A stretch of DNA of 26,263 nucleotides from Gemmatimonadota bacterium (GCA_040389905.1 JAZJZK010000032.1:71072-97334); one strand, 5' to 3'. Positions 1 to 9,301 are shown, numbered from the stretch's first letter. The notes: a model not told the origin generated them from the letters alone. Numbers and translations: made by a program.

Positions 1-25
1 GCCGGCGCAAACCTCTTTTGTTGTC

Positions 26-526
26 ATGAATAGACTCTCGCGTCACATCACCAGTCTCCTCGCACCACTCGTGCTGATCGCCGCGTGCGCGCACAATCCA
101 GAGCCCGATCCAGAGCCGGAAATGCTGCCGGAGACCGCTGTGCGAGTCGCGCCGCCGGCCGGTGCGGTCGCGCCGGGTGACTGCGCCGAGGCAATGCGTC
201 GTGCCGCGGCAAAGCCAGACCTCGAGGTCGACCGGCTTGCCTCGCCGCGCGCGAGTGTCCCGTCAGCGCTCAAGGGAAGCACCATGCCGGTTGCGGTGAA
301 GCGTGCCAAATACAACGATGTGCGCGTTTCGGTGCTCGTCGACACGCTGGGCAAGCCTGACATGAAGACCTTCACCGTCATCAAGACGACGCACCCGTGG
401 CTTGCGACGAGCTTCAAGACCGCCGTAACCAAGTGGACGTTCGATCCCGCCATGCTCGCCGGCTGCAAAGTGCCGAGGATCTGGCTCGGTGTCCTTACGT
501 CAGGTACGCCACCCGCGGCGAAGTAA
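26..526 (+). CDS. Lipoprotein with C-terminal TonB-C (energy transducer TonB)-like domain
   Basis: Signal peptide ending in lipobox LIAAC; Pro/Glu linker PEPDPEPE; C-terminus VRVSVLVDTLGKPD...AVTKWTFDPAMLAGCKV matches the TonB C-terminal pattern. Confidence 0.7.
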   Translation: MNRLSRHITSLLAPLVLIAACAHNPEPDPEPEMLPETAVRVAPPAGAVAPGDCAEAMRRAAAKPDLEVDRLASPRASVPSALKGSTMPVAVKRAKYNDVRVSVLVDTLGKPDMKTFTVIKTTHPWLATSFKTAVTKWTFDPAMLAGCKVPRIWLGVLTSGTPPAAK

Positions 527-562
527 CGGTCCGTTCGCGCCGGTGGCGGTTGCGATCAGGGG

Positions 563-3145
563 CTACTGAATGCGCAGCACCGTGATTCCGATTGTCGATC
601 CACCGCCCAGCGCGCCCCCATTCGGGCCATGCAGATCGAGGAGCTGCGTGGCCGTGCCTCCCGCCCCGGTGAGCTTCAGCAGCATGGCGCCGCCGCCCTT
701 CAGCGAACTGATACCGGCGGTGAAATTCGTGCCGAAGTTGGATTGGCGCATGGAGAGCGGCACGGCCGGTGGCGGATTCTTGAGGTCCTTGTTGATGCCA
801 GAGAAGATCCCGGGAAGATCCCAACTCGCTTCCTGGTAAACCGCAGGGACGTTCGCCACATCATCGGCCGCCAACATCAACGAGAATTGTGCAAGCAGCT
901 CGGGCCACGTCTTACCAGACATCGCGACGGCATTGTTCGCTCCGGTCACGTTCCAGTTGAGGGTCATCCGCATGATGAAGTCCGCCTCATTGTTCTGGCC
1001 GTAGGTGTCCGTCAGCCATCGCGTGAAGAGCCACGAGCTTCCGTAGATGTCGTTGTCATCGGTGCCGCTGAGAATCGTCTTTGTTTCGAGATTCTGGAGG
1101 AACTCGGCGAGCCAGAGGAAGTGATCGTACTGGACGATCTTTCCATCGCCGCAGGATCCAATACCCGGGCGAAGCTCGCAGAACAGCACGTCGTTGTAGC
1201 CCGCGTTGCCCTTCCACGTATTGCCGTGCAGCGCGCGGCCGAACAGCTCGCTGGCCATCTGTGCCGTCGCTTCCTCGAGCCAGGTTTCTTCGAAGTCGGT
1301 GATGAGCACGGGCGTCTGGAAACGCTCTCCGAACGAGATGATGTGCTTCGTCTCGTGAATGATCGTCGATGATGTCAATCGCTTCCACGTCGGACGTCCG
1401 AACGACGAGGTGCTCGTGGGCGACGTGTCCGTGACCGCCGCCGCGTAGAAGATCTCCGTCTGGTTGCTCGCGCTCGCGCCGGGCACGTTGGATGGATAGA
1501 GATCGCACCCGCTCACGAAGCCGAGCACGCCACCCAGTGCATTCACCTGCGGGGTGAAGAACATGATGATCTTGCCATTCTTGCTCAACGAATCATCGAA
1601 CGCCAGCGGATTCCCGAAGTTCTTGGTGAGGATGGGATAGGAAACCTCCTCGAACTCCTTGGCGAGCGCGATCATGTCACCGTCGATCTTTCCGGCGAGC
1701 GGACCCTCGTTGTCCTCGAGCACGACCGCCTTCGGCCCGGAGTACACAACGCGCGCCGTCACTTGCTTCGAACTGCCGGATCCGAGCGTGCAGCTGTTGT
1801 AGTGGAAACTGACCGGCGTGTTCGCGCCGACGCTGAGTGCTCCGATGGCGAGCGGCGGCGTATTGAGTGACGCCGTAGCCGCCGCGCCGGACGCCGCCTT
1901 CGCCGCGGTGAGCTGCCGGCGGTATTGACTCGGCGGCCCGAGCCGACGCGTCAATTCGAGTTCACTCTGGAGATGCTCGAGGTGGGCGCGCGTGCGAGCG
2001 GCAACCTCGGGATCGGGGGTGCGCACCACGCGTGGTGGCGCAGCCAGCACGTTGAATACCGGCGCCGCGTCCGCAATTTTCGAGGCGCTCGGGCCGCCCG
2101 CCGCACCCTTGAGCTCGAATCCCGCCGTTTCGTTGAGCAACTTGCCCGCGTTGAAGACGCTGACAAGGTAGGTGCCCGCCGACGGAAGCTCGTTGCACGC
2201 GCTGCTGCTCGCCGATGCAACGAGGAAGCTCTGGCCGACACTGAGCGATCGCTGGGTCGCGGTGCCCAGCGTCTGGCTCACTTCCGCCGTGCCGCCAGGC
2301 GCATTGACCTCGACCACCGTAGGTTTCGTGCTCTGACACGGAAGATCGGACGGCACCGTGAACTTGATCTGTGTCGGGGATGCCGATGTGATCGTGGCAG
2401 GCTTGTCGAGGATGTAGACCGAGTTTGTCGTGATCGCGGCGCCGAAATTCGATCCGTTGATCGTCGCGGCGACGCCGGGCGTCAGGGTCGCGGGTGTGAT
2501 CGAAGAAACGGTGGGCGCAACTGTTCCCGGTGGCGCCGCCACGACAACGACGACATTGGCGCTGATGCCTTCGCTCATTGCGGTGATGGTGGACGTGCCG
2601 GGGCTGATGGCCGTCACCGCGCCATTGGCATCGACGCTCGCGCGTCTCGTCGAACTGGACGTCCACGAGATCTGCCGGCCCGTCAACACCGCGCCGTTCT
2701 TGTCCTTGAGCGTCGCAACGAGCGTGGCAACCTGGCCGGCCTGGAACGATGCCGGCGGCGCGCTGAGCGTTACCGTGGCGACAGCCGGCTGCACAACGAG
2801 GAGGGCCGCCGCGCCGCTCTTCCCGTCGACGCTGGCGGTGATCGCAGTCGAGCCTTGGGCGACACCGCGAATGACACCGGCGGCATCGACGGTCGCGATC
2901 GGTGTATTGGACGAGCTCCACGTCACCGCCTTACCCAGCATTTCCTTGCCGGTCTGGTCGCGAACCACCGCCGTCCCAACCGTCGTCGACCCGACTTCGA
3001 TGGTCGATGCGGCAACGTTGACGGAAACCGTACTGACGACCGGCGTCGTTCCGCCGCCGGGGTTCGTGACCCCGGAATCGGTACCCCCACCACACGAGAC
3101 GAGCACACCAGCCGCGACGACGTACACAAGCGAAGAACCACGCAT
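563..3145 (-). CDS. Lipoprotein with two Big_2 Ig-like domains, an IPT/TIG domain and a zinc metallopeptidase (M30/hyicolysin-like) domain
   Basis: 860 aa ORF; lipobox VLVSC; repeats VTWSSSNTPIATVDAAG and ISWTSSSTRRASVDANG; IPT-like PTVSSITPATL..ATINGSNFG; HETKH (1343-1357) followed by WLEEATA. Confidence 0.8.
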   Translation of the reverse strand: MRGSSLVYVVAAGVLVSCGGGTDSGVTNPGGGTTPVVSTVSVNVAASTIEVGSTTVGTAVVRDQTGKEMLGKAVTWSSSNTPIATVDAAGVIRGVAQGSTAITASVDGKSGAAALLVVQPAVATVTLSAPPASFQAGQVATLVATLKDKNGAVLTGRQISWTSSSTRRASVDANGAVTAISPGTSTITAMSEGISANVVVVVAAPPGTVAPTVSSITPATLTPGVAATINGSNFGAAITTNSVYILDKPATITSASPTQIKFTVPSDLPCQSTKPTVVEVNAPGGTAEVSQTLGTATQRSLSVGQSFLVASASSSACNELPSAGTYLVSVFNAGKLLNETAGFELKGAAGGPSASKIADAAPVFNVLAAPPRVVRTPDPEVAARTRAHLEHLQSELELTRRLGPPSQYRRQLTAAKAASGAAATASLNTPPLAIGALSVGANTPVSFHYNSCTLGSGSSKQVTARVVYSGPKAVVLEDNEGPLAGKIDGDMIALAKEFEEVSYPILTKNFGNPLAFDDSLSKNGKIIMFFTPQVNALGGVLGFVSGCDLYPSNVPGASASNQTEIFYAAAVTDTSPTSTSSFGRPTWKRLTSSTIIHETKHIISFGERFQTPVLITDFEETWLEEATAQMASELFGRALHGNTWKGNAGYNDVLFCELRPGIGSCGDGKIVQYDHFLWLAEFLQNLETKTILSGTDDNDIYGSSWLFTRWLTDTYGQNNEADFIMRMTLNWNVTGANNAVAMSGKTWPELLAQFSLMLAADDVANVPAVYQEASWDLPGIFSGINKDLKNPPPAVPLSMRQSNFGTNFTAGISSLKGGGAMLLKLTGAGGTATQLLDLHGPNGGALGGGSTIGITVLRIQ

Positions 3146-3295
3146 GAATCAGATCCGGTAGGAGAAGCCTGGACGCGGCAGGTACTTAAGCATCTTCAGT
3201 CCCGCACGACTTGTAAATAGACGACCACGTACCCCCCTGTGGCACGGAGGCTCCAGCGGACTATCTTTGGTGCTTCACCCCGTACGGAGACGCCG

Positions 3296-3754
3296 TTGAA
3301 GACAGCCACATTCGACACGAATCGCGGTGAGATCACCGCAGAGCTTTACGACACCGACGCACCCAAGACCGTCGAAAACTTCGAAAAGCTCGCCAACTCC
3401 GGCTTCTATGATGGAGTGAAGTTTCATCGCGTGATCGCGGACTTTGTCGTCCAGGGTGGAGACCCGCTCTCCCGCGACCTGCCGGACGGCGATCCGCGCG
3501 TGGGCACCGGCGGACCCGGCTGGAAGATCAAGTGCGAAACGGCCGGTAACCCGCGCAAGCACGAGGTGGGCTCGCTCTCCATGGCGCACGCCGGCAAGGA
3601 TACCGGCGGCTCGCAGTTCTTCATGGTCCTTTCGCAGGAAAACACGCGCCACCTCAACGGCGTCCACACGGTCTTCGGCAAGATCACGGGCGGACTCGAT
3701 ATCATGAAACAGATCAAGAAGAACGATGTGATGAACAAGGTGCGTGTTTCATGA
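3296..3754 (+). CDS. Cyclophilin-type peptidyl-prolyl cis-trans isomerase
   Basis: Motifs [53 protein letters not shown] start at 3296 preceded by GGAG (3286-3289), preferred over 3239. Confidence 0.95.
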   Translation: MKTATFDTNRGEITAELYDTDAPKTVENFEKLANSGFYDGVKFHRVIADFVVQGGDPLSRDLPDGDPRVGTGGPGWKIKCETAGNPRKHEVGSLSMAHAGKDTGGSQFFMVLSQENTRHLNGVHTVFGKITGGLDIMKQIKKNDVMNKVRVS

Positions 3755-3909
3755 GCGCCCCACAGCAGACGGACAAGTCCGCGGGGTTTACCGGACTGAT
3801 CCTCGGTGCAATTGCCCTGTTCGTTCTCTTGTTCGGCATTGTACGGATGACCAACGCGCACTACGCCGGGGAGGCAAAGGAAAGCCCGGCCGCCGAGGCG
3901 CATAAGTAG
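3751..3909 (+). CDS. Small single-pass membrane protein (52 aa)
   Basis: Not in the ORF track; [56 protein letters not shown] overlap with the cyclophilin stop; one hydrophobic helix. Confidence 0.75.
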   Translation: MSAPQQTDKSAGFTGLILGAIALFVLLFGIVRMTNAHYAGEAKESPAAEAHK

Positions 3910-3932
3910 CCCGATATTCGACACGCGAGCGG

Positions 3933-3960
3933 GCGCGCACCCTGAGTGCTGGGTGCGCGT
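3933..3960 (+). terminator. Hairpin downstream of the cyclophilin operon, possible terminator
   Basis: gcgcgcaccc-N8-gggtgcgcgt stem; no clean U-tract. Confidence 0.35.
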
Positions 3961-4002
3961 CGCGCGTTCAGGTGTTCGGGAAAACGTGAAGTTCTTGTTC
4001 TC

Positions 4003-4038
4003 CTCTGCGTTCCTCTGCTCCTCCGCGCCCTCTGCGGT
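4003..4038 (-). repeat. Family A REP-like repeat (ACCGCAGAGG.CGCAGAG type), lone arm
   Basis: Reverse complement accgcagagggcgcggaggagcagaggaacgcagag is 34/36 identical to 8228-8263. Confidence 0.85.
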
Positions 4039-4096
4039 AAGAACGAGAAGCCTTTCTCACGCCGATGGATACCCGATTGCCACGAGAACGGGCCTC

Positions 4097-6433
4097 TCAG
4101 TTCCGGAACACATAGCTCAGCTTCACGAAGAACCCATCCTGTATCCGCGACAATTCGCTAAACCGGAACGATCGCGGCTCCGTGAGCGTGCTTCCATAGC
4201 CGACGTACACCACCGTGCCCGGTGACGGCAGGAAAGAGAAGAGCCAGTCCGCCTGGAATGTGTTGTCGGTACTCCCGAGCGCCCGCACGTACCCTGTCCC
4301 GGATCGAACAAGCAGCGGATACCCCGTTCGGCTGTCGTCTCGCAAATCGTCCTGATACGACGTCGCGTACTGCCCCACGGCGCGGAAGAAGATCGAGCGC
4401 GTGAACTGGTATTCGACCTTGACGCGCGGAATGTGCCCGTCGCCGACACGCGAGCCGTCCGTCATCCGGTCGAACATCTGAAAGTTGTACGAACCCTGGA
4501 CCCGAAGATGCTCCGTCGGAGTCCAGTTCACCGCGAGACTGTAGTACCCGATGTCCGCCGGCGCCCACTCGAAGAAATTCTCGTCCTGTCCCCAGAGCGC
4601 GAAGGCATTGATCGACACATGCTTGAGCTGCGGCGTATCGAAGCTCAGCACATAGTCGCGATTCGGAATTCTCGGCGTGCCCGTAAAGGCCACGGTGTCG
4701 ATGACCGCACCCCGGTGACGCTCGACGGCGTACCGCGAATAGTACGCGCTGTCATACCCAAAGGTCTCGAGGAGCAGCGACGCACCGATATGCCAGCCAC
4801 CGTGCAGGATCGTGTTGGTGTTGAAATGCAGCTTCTTCTCGATTGCGTCGCGACCGTGCAGGAAGGGGCCGTACTGCCACGTGCCGTCCATCAGGACGTC
4901 GAGGCTCACGTTCTCCAGGCGCCCGCCCTGCGCGCCGTACCACGTGACGCTGTGATCCGCGAGCGCGTGCGCAATCGACGGTCGAGAGATGAAACCGGTC
5001 GACGTGCGGAACTCATCCCCGATGGCGTTCATCTGGTAGCGCGCATTGAACGCGCGGCCCGTTCGCGCGACCGAGGCGCTCCACAACGGTCCCGCGAGCG
5101 TTGGCAGGTTGGGACGCACCGTGCTGCTGACGACGCCCTGCAACTGCGCACTGACCGACTTGCTGAAGACGAGTCGAAGATCCGATCCGATCACCCGGTT
5201 GCTACTCGCGCCATCTTCCTTGTCGGTGACGATGACACCCAACCGCGATCCGCTGCCAATATCCTTCTTTACGCGCAGAATGTTGAACAACGGATGATCA
5301 TGTCCGGTCAACGAGCTCGGTGTGTCGTCGATCGCAGACAGCAGCGCGACATTGGTTCCCGCGAGCTTTCCGGTGATCTTTGCCGCGCCAAGGGGACTGA
5401 GGATCCTCCTGGTGTAAACGAGATTCGATGGTGTCGAGAACTGCTCGAGTCCCTCGAGAAAGAACGGGCGCTTCTCGGCAATGTAAAGCGCTTGTCTCGG
5501 GTCCGTGACGAACTGTGCGGCGTCGGACTCCACTTCGGCAAAGTCGGGACTGACCGTTCCATTGAGCGTGAGGTTGTTCGTGATGCCCCACCGAACGTTC
5601 GCGCCAAGCTTCGGGCGCTCCGCGTCATACTGATAACGGTTCGATGCGGGGGTACCATCGACATGACTCGTGACAACCGGATTCACTTCGAGCACGAGCC
5701 CGCGCGTGAGGCCAGTGAGCCCCGTCAGGTGTCCGTGTTGCGCGATGTACGATGCCGCCGCTCGCTTCGCCGGCGCCCACGAATACTCGTACCCCCTACT
5801 CTGTACTTTCCTGAGCACGTTGATGCTCCACGTCTGCGTTTCGGTCGGAGGAAAGGTGAGGCTCTTGAACGGAATGCTGATCTCGACCTCGTACCCGAAG
5901 TCCGTGACGCGGCCTTTCGATTGGAACAGGTAGTCCGGCCTGATGTCGGTGGGCTCGCGACCGATCGAGAGTCCAGAGAAGCCGGAACTCGCCGCGCCCG
6001 TCTCCACCAGGATGCCATCGCCCTGCACGCCAAGGGGATTCACGCCGAACACGGTCGCCTGCCGCCCGTCGTTGAATGCGCCGAGGAAGATGCCGATGTA
6101 GTCGTCGGAGAACATCTTGTCGCGGTCGGCGAGTGTCGCGCGTACGGTGCCCGGCTCAGCGAATGCGCGGATACCGAAATGAATCGCGGTTGGCGAATAC
6201 CAGACGAGCACTTCCGTTGAATCATCGGCGGGAACGCCATCGGACGGTGCGTAGCGAGAAAAGCCGGACAAGCGAGCCGCCCGTTGCCACGGCGCCTCGT
6301 CGAGCTTTCCATCGATCGTGATCTCAGCCTCGATCCGAGGCAACCGCACATCGAGTTGGCGCTCGCGTCCGATGTAATCTTCGGAGCGCGCAGGCAGCGC
6401 CATCACACAACACAGGAGAAGTGAATTGATCAT
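4097..6433 (-). CDS. CBM9-like/DUF5916 domain outer-membrane protein
   Basis: N-terminal ITIDGKLDEAPW, YEVEISIPFKSL (CBM9-like); LNGTVSPDFAEVESD, EKRPFFLEG, LVYTRRI (DUF5916 hallmark); beta-barrel-like C-terminus FFVKLSYVFRN; ATG at 6433 gives a signal-like MINSLLLCCVMA. Confidence 0.85.
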   Translation of the reverse strand: MINSLLLCCVMALPARSEDYIGRERQLDVRLPRIEAEITIDGKLDEAPWQRAARLSGFSRYAPSDGVPADDSTEVLVWYSPTAIHFGIRAFAEPGTVRATLADRDKMFSDDYIGIFLGAFNDGRQATVFGVNPLGVQGDGILVETGAASSGFSGLSIGREPTDIRPDYLFQSKGRVTDFGYEVEISIPFKSLTFPPTETQTWSINVLRKVQSRGYEYSWAPAKRAAASYIAQHGHLTGLTGLTRGLVLEVNPVVTSHVDGTPASNRYQYDAERPKLGANVRWGITNNLTLNGTVSPDFAEVESDAAQFVTDPRQALYIAEKRPFFLEGLEQFSTPSNLVYTRRILSPLGAAKITGKLAGTNVALLSAIDDTPSSLTGHDHPLFNILRVKKDIGSGSRLGVIVTDKEDGASSNRVIGSDLRLVFSKSVSAQLQGVVSSTVRPNLPTLAGPLWSASVARTGRAFNARYQMNAIGDEFRTSTGFISRPSIAHALADHSVTWYGAQGGRLENVSLDVLMDGTWQYGPFLHGRDAIEKKLHFNTNTILHGGWHIGASLLLETFGYDSAYYSRYAVERHRGAVIDTVAFTGTPRIPNRDYVLSFDTPQLKHVSINAFALWGQDENFFEWAPADIGYYSLAVNWTPTEHLRVQGSYNFQMFDRMTDGSRVGDGHIPRVKVEYQFTRSIFFRAVGQYATSYQDDLRDDSRTGYPLLVRSGTGYVRALGSTDNTFQADWLFSFLPSPGTVVYVGYGSTLTEPRSFRFSELSRIQDGFFVKLSYVFRN

Positions 6434-6453
6434 GCGGGCACGTTCGTGCTCGT

Positions 6454-6515
6454 AGTTGGTGCATGCAATGAGTGGTTCGCGGGTCCGCACGAACTGGCAC
6501 GCCCGACGGCCCACT
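6454..6515. promoter_or_regulatory. Candidate MocR-family boxes upstream of the DUF5916 gene
   Basis: TGG at 6457, 6473 (agtggtt) and 6495 (aactggcac), inverted CCA at 6511; resembles the boxes at 8097-8169. Confidence 0.4.
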
Positions 6516-6553
6516 CACGTGCGCTCGTTCGACGGCACGCAGGGCGCCGCGCG

Positions 6554-8074
6554 TCAGCGCGCGCGGGCCGTCCAGCGAGCGTCAGCGAGCGAGCAATCTT
6601 CTAGCGCCATCGCCAATCGCGTGACGCCTTCTCGCATCTCGCGATCACGCACGCCGGCATAGCCAAGCATCACGCCGGGCGGCAGCACACGGATGGAAAA
6701 CGGTGTGACGGGGATGACATCGACGTCACGCAGCCGCGCGGCCTTGGCGACGGCCAGGTCGCTCGACCCCTCCGGAAGCCACCCAATAAGGTTCATCCCG
6801 GAATCCGACGCGGATACGGTCATGCCGCCGGCAAGTTCGCGACGCGCGAGCTCGACCAGGAGTTGCTGACGCTCGTGATAGACGGCGCGCGTGCGGCGAA
6901 TATGTCGCTCGAAATGCCCTTCCGTCATGAAATCGCACAACACCGCCTGCTCGAGATACGGCGGCGAATAGTTGAGAAAATGACGAGTTGCCTCGAACGC
7001 CTCGACGAGCATTGGCGGCACCACGACATAGCCGAGCCGCAACGACGGGAAGGTCACCTTGCTGAAGGTTCCCGAATAGATGACCGTGCCGTCCGGGTCG
7101 AGGCCATGGAGCGCCGCGAGCGGGCGCCCGGTGTACCGGAATTCACTGTCGTAGTCGTCCTCGAAGATCCACGCGTTGCTCGCCCGCGCCCACTCGATCA
7201 GCTCGAGTCGTCGCGCCAGCGAGAGCGTGACGCCGAGTGGCATCTGACGCGCCGGAGTCACGAATGCGAGTTTGGCGTCCGGTGCCTGGCGAATGCCCTG
7301 CTTGACGACGAGACCGTGCTCATCGACCGGGATGTTGGCGATGTGCGCGCCGGCGGCGGTGAGCGCACCGCGTGCACCGAAGTAACCGGGATCTTCCATC
7401 CAGGCCGAGTCGCCGGGGTCCAGCACGACACGGCAGGCGATGTCGAGTCCTTCCTGCGAACCGTTGACGATCATGATCTGCGCCGCCTCGCAACGGACAC
7501 CACGCGCAGACGCGAGGTACTCGGCAATGGCTTCGCGCAGTGGGAGGTAACCGAACGGATCACCGTAGGCCAGCGCTCGTGCCGGTGCTCGCCCCCATCG
7601 CTTGGCGAGGATTCGTCCCCAGGTGTCGACGGGGAAGATGTCGACGGCCGGCACGGCAACGCGAAAGGCACGTGGCGGCTTTCCGGCGAGTTCCCGTTCC
7701 CGAGGACTGGCAACGATGCGCATGGCTCGCGCCGACGGACGGCCGCCATGTATCGCTGAGGGACGCCTTTCGGCGAAGCCCGGCGCGCGAAGCGACCGGT
7801 CTGGCAGCGTCGCGGACACCCGGGTCGGCGCGCCCATCCGACCCTCGATATACCCTTCCGCGCGAAGCTGCTCGTACGCGAGGATCACCGTGCTGCGCGA
7901 GACATCGAGGTCGCCGGCAAGGGCGCGGGACGAAGGCAACGGCGCGCCGCGGCGGAGCGAGCCGTCGAGGATTCGTGTCCGGATCGCGTCGTACACCCGA
8001 CGGTACAACGGGGTTGTCGTGCCCCCGTCAACCTCGAGGAGAACGATTCGACCACTGCTTGCACGCCGCGTCAT
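6554..8074 (-). CDS. MocR/GabR family transcriptional regulator (GntR wHTH plus PLP-dependent aminotransferase-like domain)
   Basis: PLYRRVYDAIR..LPSSRALAGDLDVSRSTVILAYEQLRAEGY; MEDPGY; FEDDYDSEFRY; GTFSKVTFPSLRLGY (PLP lysine). Confidence 0.95.
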   Translation of the reverse strand: MTRRASSGRIVLLEVDGGTTTPLYRRVYDAIRTRILDGSLRRGAPLPSSRALAGDLDVSRSTVILAYEQLRAEGYIEGRMGAPTRVSATLPDRSLRAPGFAERRPSAIHGGRPSARAMRIVASPRERELAGKPPRAFRVAVPAVDIFPVDTWGRILAKRWGRAPARALAYGDPFGYLPLREAIAEYLASARGVRCEAAQIMIVNGSQEGLDIACRVVLDPGDSAWMEDPGYFGARGALTAAGAHIANIPVDEHGLVVKQGIRQAPDAKLAFVTPARQMPLGVTLSLARRLELIEWARASNAWIFEDDYDSEFRYTGRPLAALHGLDPDGTVIYSGTFSKVTFPSLRLGYVVVPPMLVEAFEATRHFLNYSPPYLEQAVLCDFMTEGHFERHIRRTRAVYHERQQLLVELARRELAGGMTVSASDSGMNLIGWLPEGSSDLAVAKAARLRDVDVIPVTPFSIRVLPPGVMLGYAGVRDREMREGVTRLAMALEDCSLADARWTARAR

Positions 8075-8096
8075 GGAACCTCATGGAGGGTGATGA

Positions 8097-8169
8097 AACT
8101 GGTATGTAGTTAGTCTCGGAAATGGTTCACCGTGACACAACCAGTCTGTCCGGGCTCCCCATACCAGTT
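8097..8169. promoter_or_regulatory. Dyad-symmetric MocR/GabR-type operator
   Basis: Perfect 10-bp inverted repeat AACTGGTATG (8097-8106) / CATACCAGTT (8160-8169), plus inner TGGTT (8123-8127) / AACCA (8139-8143); both pairs are centred on 8133. Confidence 0.7.
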
Positions 8170-8223
8170 CAGATTGGGTGTCGCTCGTCCCGGCTGCCGA
8201 TGTTACTCAAGCAGGGGAGTCAT

Positions 8224-8357
8224 TTTCACCGCAGAGGGCGCAGAGGAGCAGAGGGACGCAGAGAAAGGCGGAACTGAACGTGCGGCCGTTCGCTTCGGTC
8301 AGGGCGACAAACACGCCGAATTATCAAGCGACAAAACGAGCCTATTTCTGCGGTAAA
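8224..8357. repeat. Mosaic repeat: family A arm (8228-8263), family B arm (8280-8311) and truncated A right arm (8347-8357)
   Basis: accgcagagggcgcagaggagcagagggacgcagag; gtgcggccgttcgcttcggtcagggcgacaaa; tctgcggtaaa pairs with accgcaga at 8228. Confidence 0.8.
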
Positions 8358-8375
8358 TCATCACCAAGGATTTGA

Positions 8376-9140
8376 ATGCGCCGACGACTCATTGTGCTGT
8401 GCTGCACCGCCGGGTTTCTCGCGTCCCTTTCCGCGGATCGAAGCCTGAACGCGTTGCCGACATCATCCACGAAAAAACCAACGCCCGTAGTCACGAAAGC
8501 CGATTCCGACGAAGTCGCTCTCGGCGCCGCGCTGCTCGTGCAGTTCGACAGCGCGCGCGGAGTCGCGGCCACTCCACAATCGCGGCGCATCGAGGCGTAT
8601 CTCCAGCGGGTCGCTGATTCACTCGGCCGCTACACCGCGCGCAAGCTGCCCTGGCACATCCACTTCGATCCGCATCCTGCCATCAAGAGCGGATTCGCAC
8701 TACCCGGAGGGCACATCGTCATCTGGGGCGGGGTTCTCGCGTACATGAGCACCGAGGACGAAGTCGCCGCGATCATTGCGCATGAAATGGAGCACACGGA
8801 GCTCGGCCAGGTCGCGCATCGGATCGACAGCCTGACCAAGGCGGGCCACCGCGATCTCAGGGTTCCCGCGCAGTGGAGCTGGCGCGAGTTTGGCGCGACG
8901 TACGGCGAAACGCTGGAGAATCTCTGCGACTACCACGGCGCGAAGTTGACCGTCAAGGCGAACTACTCGCCGCTGGGTCTCAAGATGTTGCTCGAGAGTT
9001 ATATCGCGCTCGGAAAGGTGCACGCCCCTACCGCGCCGCCGTCGCGCGTCATCAGCGAACGCATCGCGCAGATCGACAAGGAGATCGTCGACGAGCATTG
9101 GGACGCACTAACGACGACGCGGCCGATCCGTATTCCCTGA
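8376..9140 (+). CDS. Secreted M48 family zinc metallopeptidase
   Basis: Signal-like N-terminus; FALPGGHIVIWGG, EDEVAAIIAHEMEH (HEXXH), ENLCDYHG (ExxAD-like), ERIAQI C-terminal motif; AAGGA upstream. Confidence 0.85.
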   Translation: MRRRLIVLCCTAGFLASLSADRSLNALPTSSTKKPTPVVTKADSDEVALGAALLVQFDSARGVAATPQSRRIEAYLQRVADSLGRYTARKLPWHIHFDPHPAIKSGFALPGGHIVIWGGVLAYMSTEDEVAAIIAHEMEHTELGQVAHRIDSLTKAGHRDLRVPAQWSWREFGATYGETLENLCDYHGAKLTVKANYSPLGLKMLLESYIALGKVHAPTAPPSRVISERIAQIDKEIVDEHWDALTTTRPIRIP

Positions 9141-9150
9141 GCGCTGACCA

Positions 9151-9239
9151 CTGAGCACCTGTCGCATCCGAAACCGGCGCGCCGCCCACGTCCGTCAGGC
9201 CTCTGTTTTTGCCGCACATCAGCTGTGACAGGTGTTCAG
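9151..9239 (+). other. Long intergenic stem-loop
   Basis: ctgagcacctgtcgca (9151-9166) pairs with tgtgacaggtgttcag (9224-9239): 16 bp including two G.U pairs. Confidence 0.55.
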
Positions 9240-9301
9240 GAGCCAGCCGCGGCCCACAGATTTTCAGGAGGTGTGGCGATCGCGAAGCTGTACGGAGGGC
9301 C

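Noticed and set aside
4433..6220. 595-aa + strand ORF, and similar long ORFs at 1925-3220, 10575-12290, 16986-18251, 22473-23648 and 24973-26091
   Set aside because: Antisense shadows of well-supported genes in high-GC DNA; Arg-rich with no recognisable motifs
9170..9196. GAAAC-N18-CGTC ECF-like motif
   Set aside because: Spacer is one base longer than the other two, and no sense gene lies downstream
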